Source: an uncultured Campylobacter sp. (GTDB taxonomy: Bacteria; Campylobacterota; Campylobacteria; Campylobacterales; Campylobacteraceae). Taken from it: a stretch of 35,614 nt of DNA. The position numbers and the translations under genes were made by a program. The notes under the pieces are model-generated. The model did not search any database and was not told the DNA's origin. It was given only the letters and a program-made list of their open reading frames with translations. Location of the stretch: positions 1 to 35,614 of the forward strand of contig CAUVFI010000001.1 of NCBI GenBank assembly GCA_963551055.1, in the 5' to 3' direction. Below, piece by piece: positions 25,353-34,000 of the stretch (position 1 is the stretch's first letter; every line of letters starts with the position of its first letter).

Positions 25353-27048
25353 CGAGATTTGTATCAAAATTTCGGCGATTACGAAGCAGATTTTTGCCGC
25401 TACGGCGCTTTTCATATTAAAATTCGTGCGAAATTTTAAACAGAATTTTACGCATAATTTTGCGTGTTTAAAGAAAAGCCGCAAGAAAAATCCCACGCAA
25501 AATATCGAGTTAAACCAGACGCTAAATTCTACTCAAAGCCAGGTGTCAAATTTTAAACGGAATTCCACGCAAAATACGGCATCAAATTTTGCGCCGAATT
25601 TTTCTGCTACAAGCGCAACGCCTGATCTAGCGCAAAACTCTAATAGCGTTCTCGCGCAAAGTCAAGAACAAAATTTCGCGTCTAAAATCTCGATAAGAAA
25701 TTTTACTCAAGCCTTAGTCCTTGCATTCTCAACTGCTAAAGAGAATTTTATCTCGCGCGCGCTACCTATCAGCCTACGCGTGACGCTTTATTACAGCGTA
25801 TTTATTTTGGTGCTTGCAGGCGCTATTATCGGCATTTGCGGCTATATTTTAGACGAAGTATCAGGAAACTCCGTCAGCCAAAAAAAGCTTGCCCGCTTGG
25901 TGCAAAAAGCCGCGCGCGATGACAAGCTAAAAAGCTTTGATGACGGTGTATTTTTCTACGAGCATGACGGACAAGGCGGCGTGATCGCAGGGTTTGTGCC
26001 TAAAGGCTTCGAGCCTGCGATGCCGCTCTCGCCTCAAGGCGCGCGCGAGGTGGAGCTTGATGACGACGAGTTTTTCTATTACGACGCGCAGATCAAAGGG
26101 CGCAGCGTATGGATACGCGGCGTCATCGCAGTTAGCGAGTTTGAGCTTGCGATGAAGCGCGTGATGCTGATAGCTCTTATTCTCTCGCCGCTATTTGTGG
26201 CGCTCGTCATCTACGGCGGCTACGCGATCATAAAAAGAGCGTTTAAGCCCGTGCGCGTTATGTCGCGCACAGCTAGCGAGATCGGAGCTAGCGGCGATTT
26301 TACGCGACGAATAGAACTACCGCGAGGCAAGGATGAGCTAAGCGCGCTCGCAGCTACGTTTAATGAAATGCTAGCATCACTGCAAAGCGCGTTTGAGCGC
26401 GAGCGGCAGCTAAGCGCCGACCTTTCGCATGAGCTGCGCACGCCCGCTGCCGTCATACTGGCTCAAAGCGACTACGCCCTAGCCTACGAGCAGGACGCGA
26501 GGGAGAGTTTCGCGGTCATAAACAATCAAGCGCGTAAAATTTCGGCGTTAATAGAGCAGATTTTAGAGCTTGCCCGCTTGCAGCGCGGCGTGTGTTTGAC
26601 ACCCGTAAGCTTAAGCAGAATCGCAAGCGAGTGCGCGCAAGACTTTCAACTTTTGTGCGCACAAAAAGGGCTAAGCTTTAGCTCGCAGATAGCCGAGGGC
26701 GTGCGCGTAAACGGCGATGAGTTGCTTTTGATCAGGCTGATTAACAATTTTTTAAGCAATGCTTTAAAATTTACGCGCAGCAGCGTCGTTTTAGAGCTTT
26801 GCGTGAGCGCAGACGCGTGCGAACTTAGCATAAGCGACGATGGAGAGGGCATAGAGCCTGCTTTGCAAACTAAAATTTGGGACAAGCTCTATCAAATCGA
26901 GCGCTCCAGAAATCGCGAGCAAAATAGTGGCACGGGGCTCGGGCTAGCCATCGCCTCACAAATCGCAAAAATCCATGGCGCGCAGATTTCACTACGTAGC
27001 AAAGTAGGACGCGGAAGCAAATTTAGCGTAAAGTTTAAGAAGGTTTAG
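25336..27048 (+). CDS. Sensor histidine kinase (TM-periplasmic-TM-HAMP-HisKA-HATPase) with a low-complexity N-terminal extension of about 135 aa
   Basis: Two TM helices, HAMP (KDELSALAATFNEML), H-box ADLSHELRTP, N-box NFLSNALKFT, DDGEGI, GTGLGLAIA. ATG 25336 overlaps the regulator 3' end; the start is uncertain. Confidence 0.93.
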   Translation: MSWQNSEICIKISAITKQIFAATALFILKFVRNFKQNFTHNFACLKKSRKKNPTQNIELNQTLNSTQSQVSNFKRNSTQNTASNFAPNFSATSATPDLAQNSNSVLAQSQEQNFASKISIRNFTQALVLAFSTAKENFISRALPISLRVTLYYSVFILVLAGAIIGICGYILDEVSGNSVSQKKLARLVQKAARDDKLKSFDDGVFFYEHDGQGGVIAGFVPKGFEPAMPLSPQGAREVELDDDEFFYYDAQIKGRSVWIRGVIAVSEFELAMKRVMLIALILSPLFVALVIYGGYAIIKRAFKPVRVMSRTASEIGASGDFTRRIELPRGKDELSALAATFNEMLASLQSAFERERQLSADLSHELRTPAAVILAQSDYALAYEQDARESFAVINNQARKISALIEQILELARLQRGVCLTPVSLSRIASECAQDFQLLCAQKGLSFSSQIAEGVRVNGDELLLIRLINNFLSNALKFTRSSVVLELCVSADACELSISDDGEGIEPALQTKIWDKLYQIERSRNREQNSGTGLGLAIASQIAKIHGAQISLRSKVGRGSKFSVKFKKV

Positions 27049-27361
27049 GCGGTTTTACAAACTTAATCGCGCGAAAATTCGATTGCTGCCCGCTTAAATT
27101 TATGCATATGACACCGTGCGATTTAAAATTTAGCTCGCAAAAAACAGCTGCTCGTCAAATTTTATCTTTTGTGAAACTCTCTTTTAGATGGAAAAGTAGC
27201 TTTACTTACGGAGAATCTCTTTTATTTGCCTTGTACCTTGCGCTTGCAAATTGCAAATCAGAGCTAGCATCTAAACCTCCGCCATCTTTTAAATTATTGC
27301 AAATAAGGCGTTGCCATATTAAATTTTATAAATTTGGCTTCAAATTTGACCGCCAAGCTTT

Positions 27362-27477
27362 AAAGTGCCATATTTTTTAGACGAGGCTGGAACGACGGAA
27401 GCGAGAGGGCAGACTACTAAAGTCTGTGACCGAAGCCGAGCGAATTTCTAACGATGTATAAAGAAAAAAGACAAGCC
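27362..27477. repeat. Palindromic element of about 115 bp, candidate MITE-like interspersed repeat
   Basis: Central hairpin GCAGAC-TACTAAA-GTCTGT (27409-27427) with imperfect outer arms TTTTTTAGAC/GTATAAAGAA. Single copy in this window. Confidence 0.5.
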
Positions 27478-27493
27478 TAGAAATTGCGGGCTA

Positions 27494-27783
27494 CTATACA
27501 AGTGAAAGCATCTCCGTAATCTTGCCCACCTCTCTCTTGCAGCTTACGGCGATATAATCAAAGCCGTTTGCCTTACCTCGCCCTATGAGGCAGCCCCGCC
27601 GTTTATTAGTATGACCCTACTACCGCGCTCGTCGGTCTCGTAGTCGTAGTGGGTGCTATAGCCAAATTTTACGCGGATCTTGCACAGCGGTAGGTTAAAT
27701 TTCACGAGCTCGCGGCGAGTTACTTTTTTCTGCGCCATATTCGTTGTAAGACATCGCGCTTTAGCCGTGCGCAGTGCTATCAA
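27494..27783 (-). pseudogene. Possible frameshifted gene remnant
   Basis: ORF 27783-27583 (...FGYSTHYDYETDERGSRVILINGG) continues in another frame after GGCGGGG as GCLIGRGKANGFDYIAVSCKREVGKITEMLSLV*. The joined sequence looks protein-like; family unconfirmed. Confidence 0.3.
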
Positions 27784-27848
27784 AAAGTAAAATTTCCTCG
27801 CCCGTTGTTACGCATTTTATTGCGAACTTGCGAGGCATGAGCTCGTCC

Positions 27849-28610
27849 TCATAAGTCTGCGGCGATGGACTTTTCTAAATTTTTCGCCCTGCCTAGGATC
27901 GTAATCGCCTTGTGCTCGCATATATTTACGCACCTGTAGCAAAGCGTGCACTCATCGCCGAATTGCGCCTTTTTGCAAGCGAGCTTTATGTTACGCATCG
28001 GGCAGGGTTTGACGCAAGCCCCGCAGCCGCTGCATCGCGATGGATCGAGGCTCGGCTTGCGCTTAGCAAAGGGGCTTTTGTCCCAAATTTTCATCCAAAG
28101 CCGCTGTCCTAAAAACCCTGCGATACGACAAAGCGCGCCCAGCCCCTCTTGCGGCGGACGATCTGCGCTAAGCGCCTCCGCAACGCGTCTGACTTTAGCG
28201 TCCGCCTCTTTGATTATGCGCTCGTTTTTCGCTTGCGAGTAGCCAAAAATCGCCACGTCGAGGATGAACGCGGGCATTTTGATATGAGCGCCGCCCGTTA
28301 TGTTTGCGCCGAATTGTTTTAAAATTCTAGCCGCGCACCCTGCCCCGTCGCCGCTGAAGATCTCCATCGTAGCGAGGATGAATACGTTTTTGCCGCTAAA
28401 GCTCGCGCCGTTTCGGTAGAGGAAGTCGCGCACGATACGCGGTAGGTCGCTAAAATAGACGGGATATGCCAAGATAACGTCATTGTGGTGTTTTAAAAGC
28501 TCGCCGCAGGCCTCGCTCTCGATCGAGACGCAGACGCCGCCAAGATGAGCGATGAGCCTACCCGCGCAATGCTTCGTGTTGCCCGTGGCGCTAAAATAGA
28601 TCGCTATCAT
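27849..28610 (-). CDS. Flavodoxin-ferredoxin fusion protein (EFR1-like family)
   Basis: N-terminal flavodoxin motif YFSATGNT...YPVY. C-terminal CSGCGACVKPCP and CTLCYRCVNIC [4Fe-4S] motifs. GGGAGG RBS. Confidence 0.9.
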   Translation of the reverse strand: MIAIYFSATGNTKHCAGRLIAHLGGVCVSIESEACGELLKHHNDVILAYPVYFSDLPRIVRDFLYRNGASFSGKNVFILATMEIFSGDGAGCAARILKQFGANITGGAHIKMPAFILDVAIFGYSQAKNERIIKEADAKVRRVAEALSADRPPQEGLGALCRIAGFLGQRLWMKIWDKSPFAKRKPSLDPSRCSGCGACVKPCPMRNIKLACKKAQFGDECTLCYRCVNICEHKAITILGRAKNLEKSIAADL

Positions 28611-29125
28611 ACCCGTCCTCCCAAGCGTACTTTATGTGACGAATTTTAGCGAAATTTAGCGTCGTTGATTGTTAAATAGATGAAATTTTACGCAAAATGC
28701 GCATGAAATTTTAAAATTTGATCGTGCACTCATGCCGCTACGGCGTCATAAAAGCGGCGTTTAAATTTAGCTTTTACCTAGTGTGCGCGATACGCACAAA
28801 ACAGGGCTTACGCAGCGCAGACTCGGGAGCAGTCGTAAAATTTAGCGTTATGAAATTTTAAAATTTTAAGCATTTGAAATTTTATGCTTTGAATTTTACC
28901 GCCGCGGCATTTGGCGACGGTACGGACAGTTCGCTGCTACTGCGCGCGCCGCCCGGCCCTCTCTAGCGCTACAGCTCGCGAGGCAGAGTCTTTTTAGACC
29001 GCGCACATTTTACCGCTTCGCACGCTAAGCCGCCTTGCCGGCCGCAATGTGCTTTGCCGCCTCGTATCTGATCGTAGATAGCGACACGCCGCGATTTATA
29101 TGGGCCGTTTAGGGCGTGCGGAGTA

Positions 29126-29163
29126 TTTCGGCGCAAAGCACGCACCGCTACTTCGCGCCGAAA
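29126..29163 (-). terminator. Stem-loop about 18 nt downstream of the flavocytochrome gene (no clear U tract)
   Basis: Perfect 9-bp arms TTTCGGCGC/GCGCCGAAA, extendable with G-U pairs on the minus strand. Confidence 0.5.
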
Positions 29164-29180
29164 TTTCGCGGGCGCTAAAT

Positions 29181-30731
29181 TTAAGCCCCGATTGTTTCGC
29201 CAGCGATCATTCCGAAAACCATACAATCAAGGATCGCGTAGGTTCCGAGCCTGCTCGCGCCGTGCACGCCGCCGGTTACCTCGCCCGCAGCCCAAAGTCC
29301 TGGGATCGGCTCGTGAGTAAGGCTCGAGATTACCTGAGCTTTGGTGTTGATCTCAAGTCCGCCCATCGTGTGGTGCACCTTCGGCATCGTGCGACTTGCG
29401 TAAAACGGCGGCTTGGAAACGTCGATGCCGTCCAGTTTATCGACTACCTTGCCAAATTCCGGATCTTTGCCCGCTTTGACGTAAGAGTTATAATCCGCGA
29501 CGGTCTTTAAAAACGGCTCCAGCGGCAGATTGTAAGCCTTCGCAAGCTCCTCTAGCGTGTCGAATTTCTTCACGACGCCCGCTTCCAGCGGCCTTGAAGT
29601 ATAGACCGGATTACGCGCGGCGACGGCTTGAGAGTCGCAGACGTTTACCGGATAGTTGTCGTTTTTCTCGCTTTCGCCGATAACCTTAAAGCAGGCGTCC
29701 GCCTTGATCTTGCGCCCTGCGTGCTCATCCATAAAGCGTTTGCCTGTCTTTGGATCGACGGTTAGACCGTAGGTGTTGCAGCAGTGGTTGGTGAAATTTA
29801 CCGCAGCGCCGAAGCCCTTTTCGTCGGGCGAGCAATACGGAAGGAACTGAATCCATGACGTTAGAAGAGTAAAAGCGCCGATTCTGTTTGCCGCTAGCAT
29901 CGCTCCTGCCGAGCTTCCCGGATGGTTGGTGCTGTCTATGCTAGGCACTACGCGCGGATCTTGGATCTGGCGGTACCATAGATCGCGTCCGTATCCGCCC
30001 GAAGCCAGCAAAACGCCGTCTTTGGCTTTATAGCTCTTTTTTTCGCCGCTTTTGTTTTCTAGATCGTCGCTAAAGAGTTTCGGATCAAATTTATACTCCT
30101 CGCGCGCTTCTACGCCCACGACGCGGCCGCTGTCGTCCACGACAAAATCGTCAAATTTCGTGCGGGTCTTGATCGTGACGTTAGGATCGTTTTGAAGTTT
30201 ACCCATCATCGGCTGGATGTAGCCCGAGCCCGAGCCGTTGGTCGATTGCAAGCTTCTTGCGACGCTGTGGCCGCTTTCAAAGATCAACTTATCGCTAAAC
30301 TCCGCTCCGCAGCCCACCAAAAGATCCACGGCATCGTTGCTGCGATCAAACATCACGCCCAAAAGATCGGTATGATTGAGCCCGAGCCCGTCTTTTACGG
30401 CATCAGCGATAAAAAGCTCCTTGCTATCTTTGATGCCTTGTGCGACTTGAAATTTATTCATCGGAGCAGCCATATTTCCGCCGTTGATGACGGAATTTCC
30501 GCCCGCGCGACCCATCTTTTCTAAGATAAGCACTTTTTTACCGCGTCCACTAGCCTTAATTGCCGCGGCAAGTCCCGCAAAACCGGTACCGATGATGACG
30601 ATATCGTATTCCTCGTCAAATTTGACGTCCTTGGCGTTTTGCGCCGCGCTCGCACTGCTAGCCCCCAGCGCAAGTGCCCCCGCACTCACTGCGCTAATCT
30701 TTAAAAAACTACGTCTTGATACGTCTTGCAT
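29181..30731 (-). CDS. Tat-exported flavocytochrome c flavin subunit (FccA-like FAD oxidoreductase, no heme domain)
   Basis: SRRSFLK Tat motif with ASA cleavage site, IIGTGFAGLAAA, GGNSVINGG, GHSVARS, LASGGY, GKRFMDE, VHHTMGG, AAGEVTGGVHGASRLG. No CxxCH. ATG 30731 lies 6 nt after AAGGAG. Confidence 0.93.
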   Translation of the reverse strand: MQDVSRRSFLKISAVSAGALALGASSASAAQNAKDVKFDEEYDIVIIGTGFAGLAAAIKASGRGKKVLILEKMGRAGGNSVINGGNMAAPMNKFQVAQGIKDSKELFIADAVKDGLGLNHTDLLGVMFDRSNDAVDLLVGCGAEFSDKLIFESGHSVARSLQSTNGSGSGYIQPMMGKLQNDPNVTIKTRTKFDDFVVDDSGRVVGVEAREEYKFDPKLFSDDLENKSGEKKSYKAKDGVLLASGGYGRDLWYRQIQDPRVVPSIDSTNHPGSSAGAMLAANRIGAFTLLTSWIQFLPYCSPDEKGFGAAVNFTNHCCNTYGLTVDPKTGKRFMDEHAGRKIKADACFKVIGESEKNDNYPVNVCDSQAVAARNPVYTSRPLEAGVVKKFDTLEELAKAYNLPLEPFLKTVADYNSYVKAGKDPEFGKVVDKLDGIDVSKPPFYASRTMPKVHHTMGGLEINTKAQVISSLTHEPIPGLWAAGEVTGGVHGASRLGTYAILDCMVFGMIAGETIGA

Positions 30732-30769
30732 TTGCAACTCCTTTAATTAAAAGTGTATATTTAAAAGAA

Positions 30770-30798
30770 ATGATAACTCGAATTTAAAGGTAAGTCAA
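30770..30798 (-). promoter_or_regulatory. Sigma-70 promoter of the flavocytochrome gene: TTGACT-N17-TATCAT
   Basis: -35 at 30798-30793, -10 at 30775-30770, exact 17-nt spacer. Confidence 0.65.
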
Positions 30799-30819
30799 AT
30801 AGAATAACGTTATAAATAG

Positions 30820-30834
30820 ATAGTAAAAAGCTAT
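30820..30834. promoter_or_regulatory. LysR-type recognition site ATAG-N7-CTAT
   Basis: Dyad with T-N11-A core centred about 64 nt upstream of the predicted transcription start. Confidence 0.55.
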
Positions 30835-30944
30835 GAAATATGGGTGGCGATATAAAATTTTGAAATTCGGCGGGCCGGCGGGATTGAAATTTTAAAATTT
30901 TATCAGGCGCTCGTTTGCAAAATGCTTGTGAACACAAAAGCGCA

Positions 30945-30985
30945 CTCGGCGCGAAAATCGCAATTAATGCAAAATTCGCGCCGAG
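30945..30985 (-). terminator. Stem-loop about 19 nt downstream of the alpha-2-macroglobulin gene
   Basis: Perfect 11-bp arms CTCGGCGCGAA/TTCGCGCCGAG; no U tract directly after the stem. Confidence 0.55.
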
Positions 30986-31004
30986 CCTTAAAATCGCTAA
31001 GCCC

Positions 31005-34000
31005 TTAGCGAGCGACTTTAAATTTAAGCGTTTGCAGATCGTAATTATTTACTCGCTCGTATTGCATATCCTCGATAGAGATCGCAGGAAGCGCGCACGA
31101 GCCCGACATAATCACGTTTATCGGCGTATAGATGACGCCGGTACTATTATATCCCTCTTGCGGATCGTAGTAAAAATAGCCGCTTTTCGGGAAGTGAAGC
31201 ACTCGGTCATACAGATACTCCGTGTGCTCGATCGCTACGCTATCTACAAAGCCTTCCGGGCGAGCCTTTGCGGCCGAGCCCAGGCGCTCATTGACCGCCT
31301 CAAAGCAGCTAGGCATCGCCTCGTCAATCGCGAAATTATATAGATAATGATTCGCTCGCCAGCTGATCTTAGAATAAATTTTCTGCCCTACTTTGAGCTT
31401 ATTTAGATCGACGATGTTGCCGCGAGCATCAAGAAACTCGCGATAAATTTCAACCTTCTTATCCCGGTCGTTATCAAACGGTCTATTTATGCTAAGCGGA
31501 TTGTGTTTGACCGCAGCGCTTTCATATCCAAATCCCAGCACCGTAAAAAACAGCTCGCCGTTACCGCTCATCGGCGTAAATTCTATCGAGCCGTCTTTAA
31601 CTGCAAGCTTGGTATCCAGCGGCGAATTGAAATTTTTCGTCTCGCCGTCGTATTTCAAAGCAAAGCTAATATCTTTTTTCGCGTCCTTAAAATACGCATC
31701 AAATCCGCGTATGACGCTCGCTCGCTCCTGCGTATTGTCTGCATCTTTTAGGTTTCGTACGAGCGCGATAGCCGCCTTGCTTGTGCTATCGTCTTTGATA
31801 CCCGCCTTGCCGAATGCGTAGAGCTTAAAGGCAGCATCTCTTATGTCGCTAGCAAACGTCAAGCCCGCCCCGTCTTCGGCGTAGTCATAATCCATTTGGT
31901 TTATTTTTTCACGCATGAAGTTAAACTCGGTCGTCATATTGTGCTTTTTAAGTATCGCGGCCATAGCGATGCGAGCCATCGGCGAGTTATCATAAAGGCC
32001 GTTGTCGTAAATGAAATTTATCTCATCGTCATCCAGCTTGCCGTATTGATCTAGCACGAAATCTGCATATATTCGAAGCGTCGCTTGATCTTCGTAGTCT
32101 GATTTTAAGGCGCTAAATATCAGCGATCTTTGCTTGTTGCTAAGGAATTTATAGCGCGCATCAAGCTCTAGTAAAACGTCGCTTGCGTAAATCGAAGCGT
32201 AGTAATTAGTAACGCCGTGAGCACTCCAGTAGCCGAAACCGCCGTTAGGTTTGAGGCGAGAGAGAATGCGATTTGCGTGAGCGTTTACGTAGTTTACTAC
32301 GGTCTGGTTGGAGTCTTTGCGCGCGATGTAATCAAGCGCTACCATCTTTGAAGTAAGCTGCTCGGTGCAACCGTAAGGATAGGAGTAAAGCTCCTCCGCT
32401 AGGCTAAAAGCGTTAGGCGTAGAGCTTACGTGAGCGTAAATTTCTTTATAGCTCGGATCGATTTTGAGCGTTACGGGTTTATCGCCGTAGCTTGCATGAA
32501 ATATTTTCGAGCGCGGGAACTGGCTGATGATGTCAAATTCTACGTTATTGCTAAATTTCTGCCCATTTGCGTCAAGGTCAAATTTTATATTCGCATCGCC
32601 GATATCAAGCGCGCTTGCGGTGAAGCTTAGGTGCTTGACCTCAAGCGGTTTGAGCGTGAAATTCGCCTCGCCGCCGCTTATGGAAATCGACGGGCCTGAG
32701 CCGATCTTTAAAACCGAAATTTGCTCTTTATCGGTCGTATTGATGAGCGTTAGCGGTACCGAAATTTCATCGCCTCGCACCAGATACGTTAGATCCGCAG
32801 GCTTTATAACTACGTCGTCTTTGACCCTCACCTCTGCGTTTGCCGAGCCTATCTTATCGGTTTGACCGATCGCCATAGCGCTTAGGCGGACTATCGAGTT
32901 AAAATTTTGCGGCAGCGCGAGATCAAATTTCGCCTCGCCGTTTGCGTCCGCTTTTGCGATCAGCATCTTGATAAATTTTTTCTGCTTTTTATTTTCGACC
33001 GGGCTTAAATTTCGTTTAGCCTTCGCCATTACGCCGTCGCCGCCGAAGCTTAGCTCTTTGGCTAGGGTTTGATACACGCTAAGATCGTCGTAGATATCGA
33101 AATACTGCATCGCAAAATACGCGCTAACGTCGAATGCGCCAAACGCATCGAGCTCGCTTTGCGAGACGATATCTAAAATTCCAAGATCGACCGCGTAGAG
33201 CACCACTTTGGAATTCGGCTCGCTTTTTACGCTGATCTGCGCGTTTTGACCGTTTTTATAAACCTTATCGGATAAAATTTGAACTCCCGCTTTGTGCTCG
33301 CTCGCATCCAGCGCCACCGGGATGTTGGCGTAAGCGCGAAGCGGCATCGCAGCAGGCGTCGCCGCGCGAGTAACTACGGCGTTGATATGTCCGCCGATGA
33401 AATTTTTCGACGTTTGCAGCTCGAATTCCGCGCTGTTTCCTTTGATACGTAAAATTTTATAATCGTAAATTCCTTCGCCGACGAGCGAGATATTTAGTAC
33501 GCCGTTTTCGATAGGCGAAGTGATGACGCCTTTGACGCTCTGGCCGGGCTTAATCTTGTCGCTTGCAAGCTTGATCTTGGCGCTTTGGATATCCTTGGCA
33601 TTGACCCGCCCGTAGTATCCCCAGCCGCTTACGTCCACGCGCACGCTCGCACTCGCGCCGCTTGAGTAGTCGTTTGCGATGATCACGTAGTTGCCGCCGT
33701 TTTCAAATTTATAGCTAATCTCGCGAGCGTCGGTAGTAAATGCCGATACGAGGCTAAATTCCTCCTGCTCGACATATCTGTTGCCGTCGTAAACGTAGTT
33801 GAAATCGTTGCGGTAAATTTCAACGTCGATCTTGCCGGCGGCGGGCGTTTTTGCTTTGGCATCTATCATCGCAAGTCCGAATTTCACGCTATCGCCTGCG
33901 GAGACGAAGTCGTTTGAAGCCTTGATACCTATGATGCGGTCGTACGGGAAGTAGCTTAGCAAGCGGTATGCGCTTACGGTTTTGCCCTCCTCGACGACGC

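Noticed and set aside
27102..27380. 92-aa plus-strand ORF after the kinase
   Set aside because: No RBS or motif, lies in RAATTY-rich spacer and runs into the palindromic element; probably spurious.
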